A stretch of 64,000 nucleotides of DNA from an uncultured Acidobacteriota bacterium (GCA_963749835.1 CAVVOD010000003.1:257045-321044); one strand, 5' to 3'; numbered from the stretch's first letter, positions 46,142-58,579 are shown. Numbers and translations are program-made. Notes: generated from the letters alone by a model not told the origin.

Positions 46142-47097
46142 GCAGGCTCGACCACGGCAGCAACCGTGTGAACATCGCGGCGGGCGCGCACCGCATCGAT
46201 CGCCACGGCGGTGAGGATGATGCCCCCCTGGAGCGCCCTCTCCCAGTAGGCATTGACGCCGAGAAACGTCAGAGCCGGACCGATCGCACCGAGCAGCACG
46301 ACTCCCAGGAGTGTGCCCGCAAGGTTGCCCTGTCCACCCCTCACGGCGGCGCCGCCGACGACGGCCGCGGCGATGACCTTCATCTCCAACCCGATTCCGG
46401 CGTTGCTGGGGATCTGGTTGAAGCGGACCGAGTTCAGGAGTGCGGCGAGCCCGGTCAGCGCCCCGGCCAGCGCAAAGACCGAGCAGGTGATCCGAGCCGT
46501 GTTGAGTCCCGCCAGTCGCGCGGCGTGCTCATTGGATCCGGTGGCGTAGATCGCACGCCCGGCCGCGAGGTTCCGCATGCCCCATCCCAGCCCCACTTGC
46601 AGCGCCGCGACAATCGCGAGAGCCACGACCGGGTACGCGCTCTGCGAAAGGCCGAACCACTGAAATCCGGCCGGCAGATTCTGGACCCACGCGCCCTGTG
46701 TCGCCCAGCGCAGCGCGTCCCTGAGGGCGACCATCGTGGCGAGCGTCACGACGACCGAGGGGATGCGGACGTAGGCGACAAGCGCTCCGTTCAGACCGCC
46801 GAGCGCCGCCCCCACCAGGCACGCGGCCACCGCCGCGACAGCCACCGGCGCACCTGATTTCGCGACAACCCCTGCCGCGACGCCGCAAATGGCGAAGACC
46901 GATCCGACCGAGATGTCGATATGGCCGGTCAGGATGACGAGCGTGGCGCCGAGCGCCACGATCAGCACCGGCATGTTGCCGAGAAACAGATCGCTCAGGT
47001 TGTCGCGCGCGAAATAGCCCGGCGCCGCGGCCGCAAGGAGAATCCCCAGCGCCGCAATCGCCAGCGCGATTGATGCTTCTCTCCGGTGTCTTAGCAT
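46138..47097 (-). CDS. Sugar ABC transporter permease (RbsC/LsrD-like)
   Basis: 319 aa, polytopic. Contains LTGHIDISVGSVFAICGV. It has a 4-nt ATGA overlap with the downstream permease-SBP ORF. Confidence 0.85.
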   Translation of the reverse strand: MLRHRREASIALAIAALGILLAAAAPGYFARDNLSDLFLGNMPVLIVALGATLVILTGHIDISVGSVFAICGVAAGVVAKSGAPVAVAAVAACLVGAALGGLNGALVAYVRIPSVVVTLATMVALRDALRWATQGAWVQNLPAGFQWFGLSQSAYPVVALAIVAALQVGLGWGMRNLAAGRAIYATGSNEHAARLAGLNTARITCSVFALAGALTGLAALLNSVRFNQIPSNAGIGLEMKVIAAAVVGGAAVRGGQGNLAGTLLGVVLLGAIGPALTFLGVNAYWERALQGGIILTAVAIDAVRARRDVHTVAAVVEPA

Positions 47098-47106
47098 CCC
47101 TAGTCA

Positions 47107-47143
47107 CTAATCCCCAATCCCGAATCCCCAATCCCGAGTCCGG
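47107..47143. repeat. C-tract array AATCCCC/AATCCCG x4 (G-rich on the minus strand, 5' of the permease gene)
   Basis: ctaatccccaatcccgaatccccaatcccgagtccgg. Confidence 0.7.
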
Positions 47144-47243
47144 CCAATTACACCACGACCCGTTGCCGTTCGTTGGCGGGCCCGGCGCTGAGGGGTCGCC
47201 GGTGGCCCTGGCACATGGCTCAACCGTCGCGTGTGCCCCGGAA

Positions 47244-47306
47244 GCACGTGGCACGTAGCACGTAGCACGTAGCACGTAGCACGTAGCACGTAGCACGTAG
47301 CACGTG
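47244..47306. repeat. Heptamer tandem repeat: GCACGTG + GCACGTA x7 + GCACGTG (9 units)
   Basis: Counted base by base from line 47221. There are seven identical GCACGTA units flanked by two CACGTG-containing units. The array ends 12 nt before ATG 47319. Confidence 0.95.
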
Positions 47307-47318
47307 AGAGACTCTGCC

Positions 47319-48797
47319 ATGCGCTGGTGCGTCCTGCTTCTCGTGCTCGTCGCCGTTCCCGTCGGCGCCCAGTCGCCGCGCGAGTTCCGCTGGGCGGCGG
47401 ACCCCGAAGGAGGCGCCCCGTACGTCGAGGCGGATGCGGCAGATCCTTCCCGCGTGCAGGGCTTCGAAGTCGAGATTGCCGACCTGATTACACGCGCACT
47501 CGGTCGAACGCCCCGGTTCATCTTCGTCACGTACGCCTCCATCGATCAATCAGTGGCGCGCGGAGACGTCGAGCTCGGCCTGAACGGACTCGAGGACACC
47601 CCGGCCCGCCGTGCCGCCATGGCCGTCACGGTCCCGTACTACGAGTTCCGGGAAGTCCTCTCCGTCAGGACCGCCGACGCCTCGCGGTTCCGCACCTTGT
47701 CGGACCTGAAGGGGCGGCGCGTCGGGACGCTGGGAGGAACCCTCGCATACGAGATCCTGCTCGGCGCCGGCGGCCGGTTTGGCATCGAGGCCGTGTCCTA
47801 CGACGACGACGTGCATCCCTATAGCGATTTGCTGCTCGGGCGCGTGGACGCCGTTTTACTCGACAACGTGATCGCCGAACGCCGCGGACGTCAGATGACC
47901 GGCGTCGCGATTCAGCCGGAGACCGTCGCGATCGGTCACTACGTGGGCGTACTCGCGCCCCAGAACACCGCCATGCGTGATGACGTCAGCGCCGCGCTGC
48001 TCGGCGCCATGCGTGACGGCTCCCTGGAACGCATCCTTCGGAAGTGGCGGATATGGAACGACGATCAGCCGGCACTCCACGCGAAGCTGCTCAGCGGCTC
48101 CGCACCCATCGCGAGCGCCCAGGAGAGCGCGGCTGCCCCTCCCGCCACACGGTGGCAGATAACGCGACGCTATCTGCCGACGCTCCTCCGCGCGGCGGGT
48201 GTGACGCTCGTCCTCTCCTGCGTTTCCATGGCTGCCGCGGTCGTCCTCGGCATGTTGATCGCAAGCGGCCGCGTGTATGGCGCGGCACCTGTGCGGTTCA
48301 TCCTGACGGGCTACGTGGAGCTGATGCGCGGGACGCCCATCCTGCTCCAGTTGTTCGTCATCTATTACGGACTTGCGGCGGCCATCAAATTGCCGGCCTT
48401 CGTGGCGGCGCTGACGGGGCTGGCGCTGAACTATGCCGCCTACGAGAGCGAGATCTATCGCGGGGCGCTCGAGTCCGTCCCCACCGGGCAGCTCGAGGCG
48501 GCGCGGACACTCGGGTTCACCGAGCGGCAGATCCTGACGCTCATTCGCGGCCCCCAGGCATTTCGCCTGGCGCTCCCTCCGATGACGAACGACTTCGTCG
48601 CGCTGCTGAAAGACTCGTCGCTCGTCTCGGTGCTGACGGTCGTTGAACTGACGAAGCAGACGCAGATCTTCGCCGCCAACATCGGCAGCTGGGTCATTCC
48701 CGGGTCGCTCTGCGCCGCCCTGTACCTCGCCATGTCGCTGCCGCTCGCGGGGGCCGCGCGGCGTCTCGAACGGCGGTGGAAGGCCGCGACGTCATGA
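47319..48797 (+). CDS. Polar amino-acid ABC transporter, substrate-binding domain fused to the permease (GlnP/HisM-like)
   Basis: The track ORF starts at GTG 47304. ATG 47319 gives the signal peptide MRWCVLLLVLVAVPVGAQS. There is an SBP-like half, then TM segments and the EAA-loop region ALNYAAYESEIYRGALESVPTGQLEAARTLGF. Confidence 0.85.
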   Translation: MRWCVLLLVLVAVPVGAQSPREFRWAADPEGGAPYVEADAADPSRVQGFEVEIADLITRALGRTPRFIFVTYASIDQSVARGDVELGLNGLEDTPARRAAMAVTVPYYEFREVLSVRTADASRFRTLSDLKGRRVGTLGGTLAYEILLGAGGRFGIEAVSYDDDVHPYSDLLLGRVDAVLLDNVIAERRGRQMTGVAIQPETVAIGHYVGVLAPQNTAMRDDVSAALLGAMRDGSLERILRKWRIWNDDQPALHAKLLSGSAPIASAQESAAAPPATRWQITRRYLPTLLRAAGVTLVLSCVSMAAAVVLGMLIASGRVYGAAPVRFILTGYVELMRGTPILLQLFVIYYGLAAAIKLPAFVAALTGLALNYAAYESEIYRGALESVPTGQLEAARTLGFTERQILTLIRGPQAFRLALPPMTNDFVALLKDSSLVSVLTVVELTKQTQIFAANIGSWVIPGSLCAALYLAMSLPLAGAARRLERRWKAATS

Positions 48798-49474
48798 GCA
48801 CGGTGCTCGACGTGCGCGGCGTTCATCTTCGTCGCGGGGCACGCCGGATCCTGACCGGCATCACCTTCACGGTCCCTCGCGGCGCCATCGTCGCACTCAT
48901 GGGATCGTCAGGGTCGGGAAAGACGACGATCCTGCGGGCGATCGCGGGGCTCGAGCGCTTCGATGAAGGAGCGATTGCCATCGACGGGCTCGAGGTCAGC
49001 GGAGGGCGCAGGCTGTCCGGGCATGCGCTGCGGCAATGGCGAAGCCGTATGGGGTTCGTCTTTCAGTTCCATCACCTGTTCGAGCACCTGACAGCGATCG
49101 ACAACGTGACGCTCGCGCCCGTGCACGTCCACCGCGTGACGAAATCCGCGGCCGAAACCCGGGCGCGCGAGCTGCTGGACTCGCTTGGCGTCGAGCACCG
49201 CGCGGGAGCGCTGCCCCGGGAACTCTCAGGAGGCGAGGCCCAGCGGGTGGCCATCGCCCGCGCACTGGCGCTCGATCCGCCGTTGCTGATGATGGACGAG
49301 CCGACGGCCTCGCTCGACCCCGAGCGTCGCACCGACCTGGGCGTGCTCCTCCGCGCCCTTGCCGCGCGCGGACGGGCGGTCCTCATCTCCACGCATGACG
49401 ACGTATTCGCGCGTGATTTCACGACCGACGTCCGCCGCCTTGCGGATGGTGCGCTCGTCGAACCCGGACCCTGA
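48794..49474 (+). CDS. Amino-acid ABC transporter ATP-binding protein
   Basis: Walker A GSSGSGKTT, signature LSGGEAQRVAIARAL, Walker B LLMMDEPT. ATGA overlap with the upstream permease stop. Confidence 0.9.
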   Translation: MSTVLDVRGVHLRRGARRILTGITFTVPRGAIVALMGSSGSGKTTILRAIAGLERFDEGAIAIDGLEVSGGRRLSGHALRQWRSRMGFVFQFHHLFEHLTAIDNVTLAPVHVHRVTKSAAETRARELLDSLGVEHRAGALPRELSGGEAQRVAIARALALDPPLLMMDEPTASLDPERRTDLGVLLRALAARGRAVLISTHDDVFARDFTTDVRRLADGALVEPGP

Positions 49475-49489
49475 TATCCTTCGGCCGTC

Positions 49490-51711
49490 ATGACTACCTT
49501 GCCCTTTCTGCTTGCTCTGACCCTGAGCTTCAGCGCGCAGGCCGCTCCAGACCAGCCGAAGCCGCAGACCGCTGACAAGAGCGCGATCAATGAAGAGCTC
49601 CTGGACGCCGCACGATCCGGCAACCTGGCGCGTGTCACGAAAGCGCTCGACCAGGGGGCCGACGTCAACGCGGCCAACCGATACAGAGCCACGGCCCTGC
49701 TGGCCGCGGCCGACAAGGGATACATCGAGGTCGTCAAGCTCCTGATCGAGCGCGGCGCGGACCTCAATATCCAGGACACCTTCTACAAGGCCCGCGCGAT
49801 CGACATGGCCGGACAGAACGGCCACACCGCCGTCGTTATGCTGCTGCTCGAAAAAGGATCGCTCGGATCCGGGGACGTGCTGCGGGGCGCGGCCGGCGAG
49901 GGAAACCTCCCGCTCATCCGCGCGGCGCTGAATGGCAAAGATCTGACGAGAGATGAACTGATGGTGGCCGTCGCCAATGCCAGGCGCGGCTCCAACGCGG
50001 AAGCCACGGCAGCGATCGAGAAGAAGCTGGCGTCGATGCCGCCGGATCCGAACGCGATCACGGTTGAGCGAGGTCTGCTGCAGTCATACGCCGGCACCTA
50101 TCGCAACGACCAGACCGGATACACGCTGATCGTCACGCTGTCAGGCGACGAGTTCGGCGCCGCCCCTCCGGGGCGGCCGCCGGGACCGCTCGTCCCAACA
50201 TCGCAGACTTCCTTCAGGATGCTGGGGGCGCCGGTGACCGTCGCATTCTCCGGCCGTGGCGGGATGATCGAGCGCGTCGAGCTCACGCAGGGCACAACGA
50301 CGCAGTCGCTCGTCCGCGTTGCCGAGAGCGCATCCGCATCGGCGGCGCCAGGTGCACCCCCACCGCCGGCCGCCAATGCGCCCGCCGCGTCGCCGCCCGC
50401 ACCCGCATCCTCAGTCCCTTCGCCTGCGCCGGCGAAGCGTGCCGCGGCCATGCCGTGGCCGGCGTTCCGTGGAGCCAACGCGGCGGGCAATGGCGACGGC
50501 CAGGGAGCCGTGAGCGAGTGGAATGTCGACGCCGGAAAGAACGTCCGCTGGAAGACGCCGATCCCCGGCATCTCGAACGCGAGCCCGGTGGTCTGGGGCG
50601 AGAGGATCTTCGTCGTCAGCGCGGTGAGCAGCGCCGGCGACAAAACGTTCCGCACAGGTCTCTATGGCGACGTGAAGCCGGTGGAGGATCTGTCGGAACA
50701 CACCTGGAAGATGTTCTGTCTCGACAAGAAGACCGGGAAGATCCTGTGGGACAAGACCGCGTTCACCGGCCTGCCGAAAGTGAAGCGCCACACCAAGGCG
50801 TCGCAGGCGAACTCCACACCTGCGACCGACGGCACGCACGTGGTCGCACTCTTCGGATCCATCGGGCTGCTCGCCGCCTGGGACATGAACGGCAAAGCCC
50901 TCTGGACGAAAGAGGTCGGCGTACTCGACAGCGGATGGTTCTTCGATCCCACTGTACCAGTGGGGACATTCGAGCTCGCCCATCATTCACGACGGCAAGG
51001 TGATCGTGCAGGCGGACGTCCAGAAGCACTCGTTCATTGCCGCCTTCGACGTGAAGACGGGCGCCGAGGTGTGGCGTACGCCGCGCGAGGAAATATCGAG
51101 CTGGGGAACCCCGACGATCTTCGAGGGACAGATCGTCACGAACGCACCGACCGTGCGTGGCTACGACGTCAAGACCGGGAAAGAACTGTGGAAGCTCGGT
51201 CCGAACTCGGAGGTCACCGTGGGTACGCCGGTCGTCGGCGACGGCCTCGTGTACATCACCGGTGGGTATCCGCCCGTTCGTCCGGTCTATGCCGTGAAGC
51301 CGGGTGCGAGCGGCGACATCAGCATGCCGAAGGACAAGTCGTCCAGCGACGTCATCGCGTGGAGCAACACGTCGGGCACGTACATCCCGACACCGCTGGT
51401 ACTACCAGGGGATCCTCTACACGTGCGGCAACGACGGAGTGGTCACCGCGTATGACGCAAAATCCGGCGAACGCATCTACCGGTCGCGCGTCGGTGGCGG
51501 CGGCGCATTCGCCGCCTCACCCATCGCGGCGGACGGCAGGCTCTACTTCGCAAACGAGGATGGCGACGTCATCGTCGCACTCGCCGGACGGAAGTACGAG
51601 GAGGTCGCAAAGAACTCCATGAAGGAGGTCATCATGACCACCCCGGCGATCTCCGACGGGCTCATCATCGTGCGCACGCTGGGTCACGTTTACGGCATCG
51701 GGGAGAAATGA
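49490..51711 (+). pseudogene. Secreted ankyrin-repeat + PQQ-like beta-propeller protein, interrupted by two frameshifts (about 50950 and about 51400)
   Basis: Track ORFs 49490..51622, 51000..51455 and 51304..51711 carry consecutive homologous parts. They are ankyrin repeats (LLDAARSGNLARVTKALDQGADVNAANRYRATALLAAADKGYIEVVKLLIERGADLN), propeller blades (WPAFRGANAAGNG...SPVVWGERIFVVS), then YQWGHSSSPIIHDGKVIVQAD in frame 2 and YYQGILYTCGNDGVVTAYDAKSGERIY in frame 3. Confidence 0.75.
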
Positions 51712-51712
51712 G

Positions 51713-51790
51713 CAGGGTGCCAGGGGTGCCAGGGGTGCCAGGGGTGACCAGGGGTGACAGGGCGACAGGGCGACAGGGCGACAGGGCGAC
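51713..51790. repeat. G-tract tandem array: (GGGGTGCCA)x3, (GGGGTGAC[C]A)x2, (GGGCGACA)x4
   Basis: cagggtgccaggggtgccaggggtgccaggggtgaccaggggtgacagggcgacagggcgacagggcgacagggcgac. It starts 2 nt after the stop codon. Confidence 0.85.
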
Positions 51791-51831
51791 GGAGTGAGCG
51801 TCGCGCCCGCCCGGTGATTCGCGGCACCTGG

Positions 51832-52890
51832 TCAGACGATGGTCGGTGTTCCGCGATCGTCGAGCACCTCGGCGCGCGTGAAGACTGACAGGAGGCTGCT
51901 GGCCGTGACGAGGACGATCGGGCCGAGCACGAGGCCGATGAACCCGAACGCGGAGACGCCTCCAAGCAGACCGAGAAAGATCACCAGGCCGCTCGACGTC
52001 GTGCGGCCGCTGAGAAGGAGCGGCCGCAGGATATTGTCGATCATGCCGATGCCGACCACGCCGACGACGATGAGGATGACGGCGCGGGCGATCTCACCGG
52101 AGAGCATCAGCCAGATGGCGGTCGGCGCCCAGACGAGCGCGGATCCTACCAGGGGAATGAGCGAGCAGATCGCCATTGCGACGGCCCACAGAACTGGTGC
52201 GCTGATACCGAGCATCCAGAACGCGAACCCGCCGACAGTGCCCTGAACGGCCGCGACGAGAAGACCGGCGCCAACGCTGGCGATCACGAGGTCCCGGGTT
52301 TCGGACACCAGGCGATCGCGCTCCCGCTCCGGCAGCGGAAGCAGATCGCGGATTCGCCGGCCGAGCCCGTGACCGTCCCGCAGCAGGAAGAACAGGCTGA
52401 ACAGCATCACAAACAGGCTGCCCAGCGTGGCGAACGCATCGGCCAGGACACCGCCCGCTCGCGGCGCGAGAAACGTCAGCGCGCGCTGCACGCCTTGACG
52501 GAGGAGCGCCGCGGGATCTTCCGGCAACGCCATCGGGCTCCGACGCCGCACCACCTCCCACGCCCGATCGATTTGCTCCGGCGCGGTGAGCGACGCCTGC
52601 TGGACGTACTCGATCATCTGCGGCACTTCGCGCGCGAGCACGGACACGAGCATCACGGCGGGCGCTACGATCAACACCGCCGTAATGAGTGTCGTCGCCA
52701 GCGCCGCGCCGTTGTTCCCCAGCCGCGCGGAGAGCTGCATGTAAATGGGATGGAGCGTCATCGCGAACACGGCCGCCCACCCGAGCGATGCGAGGAACGG
52801 GCTGAGCACGACGTACGCGAGATACCCCATCAGCAGCACCAGTGCATAGAACAGCACGAGTGCGAAACGCTCCCGAGAGGTTTGTGGCAT
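51832..52890 (-). CDS. AI-2E family transporter (PerM/UPF0118)
   Basis: The track ORF is 51832..53112. I trimmed it to ATG 52890 (MPQTSRERFALVLFYALVLLMGYLAYVVLSPFL...). Polytopic, with a family-like tail GIGMIDNILRPLLLSG. Confidence 0.8.
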   Translation of the reverse strand: MPQTSRERFALVLFYALVLLMGYLAYVVLSPFLASLGWAAVFAMTLHPIYMQLSARLGNNGAALATTLITAVLIVAPAVMLVSVLAREVPQMIEYVQQASLTAPEQIDRAWEVVRRRSPMALPEDPAALLRQGVQRALTFLAPRAGGVLADAFATLGSLFVMLFSLFFLLRDGHGLGRRIRDLLPLPERERDRLVSETRDLVIASVGAGLLVAAVQGTVGGFAFWMLGISAPVLWAVAMAICSLIPLVGSALVWAPTAIWLMLSGEIARAVILIVVGVVGIGMIDNILRPLLLSGRTTSSGLVIFLGLLGGVSAFGFIGLVLGPIVLVTASSLLSVFTRAEVLDDRGTPTIV

Positions 52891-52981
52891 GTTGACAATG
52901 CATTGTACGACCAAGGCGGCCGGCCGCATCACGGGACGCGAGTTGCACGTCAGAGGACGATGTGAACCCGATGCTGAGAGC

Positions 52982-53358
52982 TCAACGCGACCCGCGCTTC
53001 GGCGGACGGGCGGGCGTCCGACGCGCGGCAGCCAGTTCGTGGGCAGAGCGCAGCCGTTCCGCGACCTCTGCCCAGTCCGGCGCTCCATCAAGGTAGATGC
53101 CCACCCACCCACTTGGACCTGCGTACGGCGGCACGAAATAACGATCCGGCGATCGCGTGATCAGCAGGTCCTGCGTGGCATGGGTGGCTTTGCACCACAC
53201 GGCGTGCCGTCCGGCGCCGTGGTGATTGGCGGCGTTCGCGAAGCTGGCAAACATCCTCTTGCCGGCCCAGAAGGTGGGCTCGCCGTGGGACAGTTTCTCC
53301 CACGCGTCCGGCAGGGCAAGGCAGATGCGCCGCAGGCGATCGAGAGGGCTACGCGGCA
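52982..53358 (-). CDS. MmcQ/YjbR family protein (putative DNA-binding)
   Basis: The track ORF is 52982..53485. A TTG at complement 53356-53358 gives MPRSPLDRLRRICLALPDAWEKLSHGEPTFWAGKRMFASF..., the typical family length. The start is uncertain. Confidence 0.55.
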
Positions 53359-53490
53359 AGACACCGACTCCAGCTGTCGGGCGCGTGCCGACCGATCCTG
53401 CCGACCGTTCCGGAAATTGGGCGCATGCCGCCAGTATCCCCGAACGTGTGGTGAAATCGCGGTTGATTCTGACGTATATTCTCACCCGAG

Positions 53491-54075
53491 GTGACTGTCA
53501 TGACGCACGTTCGATCCATTCAACTCGCTGTGCTCTTCGTCGTCTTGAGTGCCGCCCCGGTCGTTGTCGCAAGAGCCAGTGCGCAGCAGATGCCGCCGAT
53601 GCCGAAGCCCGGTCCCGAACACGAGATCCTGAAGATGGATGCGGGCACCTGGGACGCGAGCGTCGAAATCGTTCCCGGGCCGGGAGCGCCCCCGATGACG
53701 TCGAAGGGCGTCGAGGTCAGCACGATCGGCTGTGGAGGCATGTGCCTGATCACGGACTTCAAAGGGGAGCTCATGCCGGGCGTGGCGTTCCAGGGACACG
53801 GCGTGATGACCTGGGATGCGGCAAAGAAAAAGTACACAGGGAGCTGGACCGACTCGATGGCGTCGGGCCTGGCCATCAGCTCGGGCACGTACGATCCGGC
53901 GACGAAGAAGGCGACGGGCACGATGGAAGGGCCCGGCATGACCGGCGAGATCGTCAAGAGCCGGACGGTGGTGGAATACAAAGGCACCGACGAGCGTGTG
54001 ATGACCGCTTACACGCCTGGCCCTGATGGAAAAGAGACGCAGTCGTTACGAATCACGTACACGCGTCGGAAGTAG
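53491..54075 (+). CDS. DUF1579-like exported protein
   Basis: 194 aa with a signal peptide. Contains PEHEILKMDAGTWDASVEI...GHGVMTWDAAKKKYTGSWTDSM. The family call is from memory. Confidence 0.5.
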   Translation: MTVMTHVRSIQLAVLFVVLSAAPVVVARASAQQMPPMPKPGPEHEILKMDAGTWDASVEIVPGPGAPPMTSKGVEVSTIGCGGMCLITDFKGELMPGVAFQGHGVMTWDAAKKKYTGSWTDSMASGLAISSGTYDPATKKATGTMEGPGMTGEIVKSRTVVEYKGTDERVMTAYTPGPDGKETQSLRITYTRRK

Positions 54076-54154
54076 CTGCCGGCTCTGCAGCCGGAATCCT
54101 GCGTCTCAGCACAGCACGGCCGTTCGGGCGAGCGGCGCTCGGGCCTCGATTTCG

Positions 54155-54871
54155 TCAGTGAGTCGGCTGAACCGTGAACACCAGGATGTGCTGCCATGGC
54201 AGCACGTCGATCACGCGGTCGAACGTAAAGCCTTCCGTCTCGAGCTCCATGCGCGCCTCGCGCACAGACATCTTGTGCTCCACGCGAATGGGCACCCAAT
54301 CGCTCTCCTTGCGGAACTCGATCAGCACGAGCCTGCCATCGCGCTTCATCGCACGCTTGAGCGATCGCAGGAACGCCTGCGGCTGCGCGAGCTCGTGATA
54401 CACGTCCACCATCAGGGCCAGGTCGATCGCGCCGTCCGGAAGCCTCGATTCGGTCGGCGTGCCGAGGACGAGCTCCACGCTGGCGCTGCCCTTCCCCGCG
54501 GTCGTCGTCTCGGCGAGCTTTTTTTTGATCAACGCGAGCATCTCCGGCTGGATGTCCGTCGCATAGACGCGCCCGCCCTGCCCGACAACCTCTGCCAGCC
54601 GCACGGTGTAATATCCCGAGCCCGCACCGATGTCAGCGACCGTCTGACCGGCGCGTATGTCGAGTGCGGCAATCGCCCTGGTCGGCGCTTCCTCGCGCTC
54701 CCGCTCCGGACGGTCGAGCCACGCGGCTCCCTGCGCATCCATGACTGACGCGATGCGCCGGCCGGACACCGGATGCGAACCCTGCGCAAACGTGAACGCG
54801 GTCGCGGTGATGGCGGCGGCCGCAAGGACGAGAAGGATCAGCCGCGCGTGAAGAGACCGGCGGGGCGTCAT
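54155..54871 (-). CDS. Class I SAM-dependent methyltransferase with a signal/anchor
   Basis: The track ORF is 54155..55030. I trimmed it to ATG 54871 (MTPRRSLHARLILLVLAAAAITATAF). SAM motif VADIGAGSGYYT. Confidence 0.8.
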   Translation of the reverse strand: MTPRRSLHARLILLVLAAAAITATAFTFAQGSHPVSGRRIASVMDAQGAAWLDRPEREREEAPTRAIAALDIRAGQTVADIGAGSGYYTVRLAEVVGQGGRVYATDIQPEMLALIKKKLAETTTAGKGSASVELVLGTPTESRLPDGAIDLALMVDVYHELAQPQAFLRSLKRAMKRDGRLVLIEFRKESDWVPIRVEHKMSVREARMELETEGFTFDRVIDVLPWQHILVFTVQPTH

Positions 54872-54929
54872 GACCACTGACGCGATGGTAACGCAGACGC
54901 CAGGCGAAGTGCTGATTTGCCGGCGACCG

Positions 54930-55349
54930 CTATTTCCGGGTCGGGCGCCTGATACGGAGGTGGGATACACGTGCCAGGGCGTCGTAGTCGCGGTCCTTAT
55001 GGAGAACCTCGAGACCGTGTCGCATCGCACAGGCCGCGATGAGGCAGTCGACGCCTGACCTGATCGTGACGCCTGCCCGACGCGCTCCCCGATACAACCC
55101 TACCGCATCGTCGAACACCGCGCTCGTGAGGGGGGATTCGACGATGGGCAGGGCGTACATGGCGTCCCGGGCGAGCTGGTAGGCGCCCTCATCGCGAAAG
55201 CCCTGCAACACTTCCTGGATGACGGGAAGACAGGTGACCACGTCCTCGAAGTCTACGACCTGGTCCAGCTTGAAGCGAGAGGGTTTTCGAAAGACGTCGA
55301 TCCAGATCGACGTATCAACGAGAACCACGGCGCCGGGTCCGAAAGGCAC
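54930..55349 (-). CDS. PIN-domain ribonuclease toxin VapC
   Basis: VVLVDTSIWIDVF... and CLIAACAMRHGLEVLHKDRDY. GTG at complement 55328 is an alternative start. It overlaps the vapB stop. Confidence 0.8.
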   Translation of the reverse strand: MPFGPGAVVLVDTSIWIDVFRKPSRFKLDQVVDFEDVVTCLPVIQEVLQGFRDEGAYQLARDAMYALPIVESPLTSAVFDDAVGLYRGARRAGVTIRSGVDCLIAACAMRHGLEVLHKDRDYDALARVSHLRIRRPTRK

Positions 55350-55545
55350 CGCGGTCCTCGCGGACGACGGACAGGTTACCTTCCCACAAGCCGGAGCCTG
55401 CCAGCTCTAGAATGCGCTTCGCCTTGGCGCGACGGACGAAATCCTCCAGCGCGCGCTCGACCGTACGGGAGTACGTGCGCTCACCACTCAGCCTGGTGGC
55501 CTCCTCGAGCAGATCGCCGTTCAGCACAAGATTTGTGCGTCTCAT
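55315..55545 (-). CDS. VapB-type antitoxin
   Basis: 76 aa. MRRTNLVLNGDLLEEATRLSGERTYSRTVERALEDFV. Immediately upstream of and overlapping the PIN gene. Confidence 0.7.
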   Translation of the reverse strand: MRRTNLVLNGDLLEEATRLSGERTYSRTVERALEDFVRRAKAKRILELAGSGLWEGNLSVVREDRGAFRTRRRGSR

Positions 55546-55707
55546 GTGTATTGAGTGTAATCCCCCAACACTACTTCGTCAAACCCGGTGGTCCAGCGAT
55601 CTGCCGTCTCACCGTCGCAGTCCCGTTTCTGAGGCACTTCAAGTCCTATCGTCAGCTCAGCCGCAGGCATCCTGTACGATGGTCCCGCAAAATTCACCGG
55701 AGGGCAG

Positions 55708-58429
<2,722 letters not shown>

Positions 58430-58579
58430 CCCGTCTCGACACGGCCCGCGGGCGTTGCAAAAAAGAGAACTGTTTCGACCGGCGCGGCGTACGGGGTTGC
58501 ACTCACGGATGTTGCAGAGCCCGTGCCACGCGGTTTTCGTGAATGGCGGGCCCACTCTTCTGTCTGGCTCGGGCTTTGA

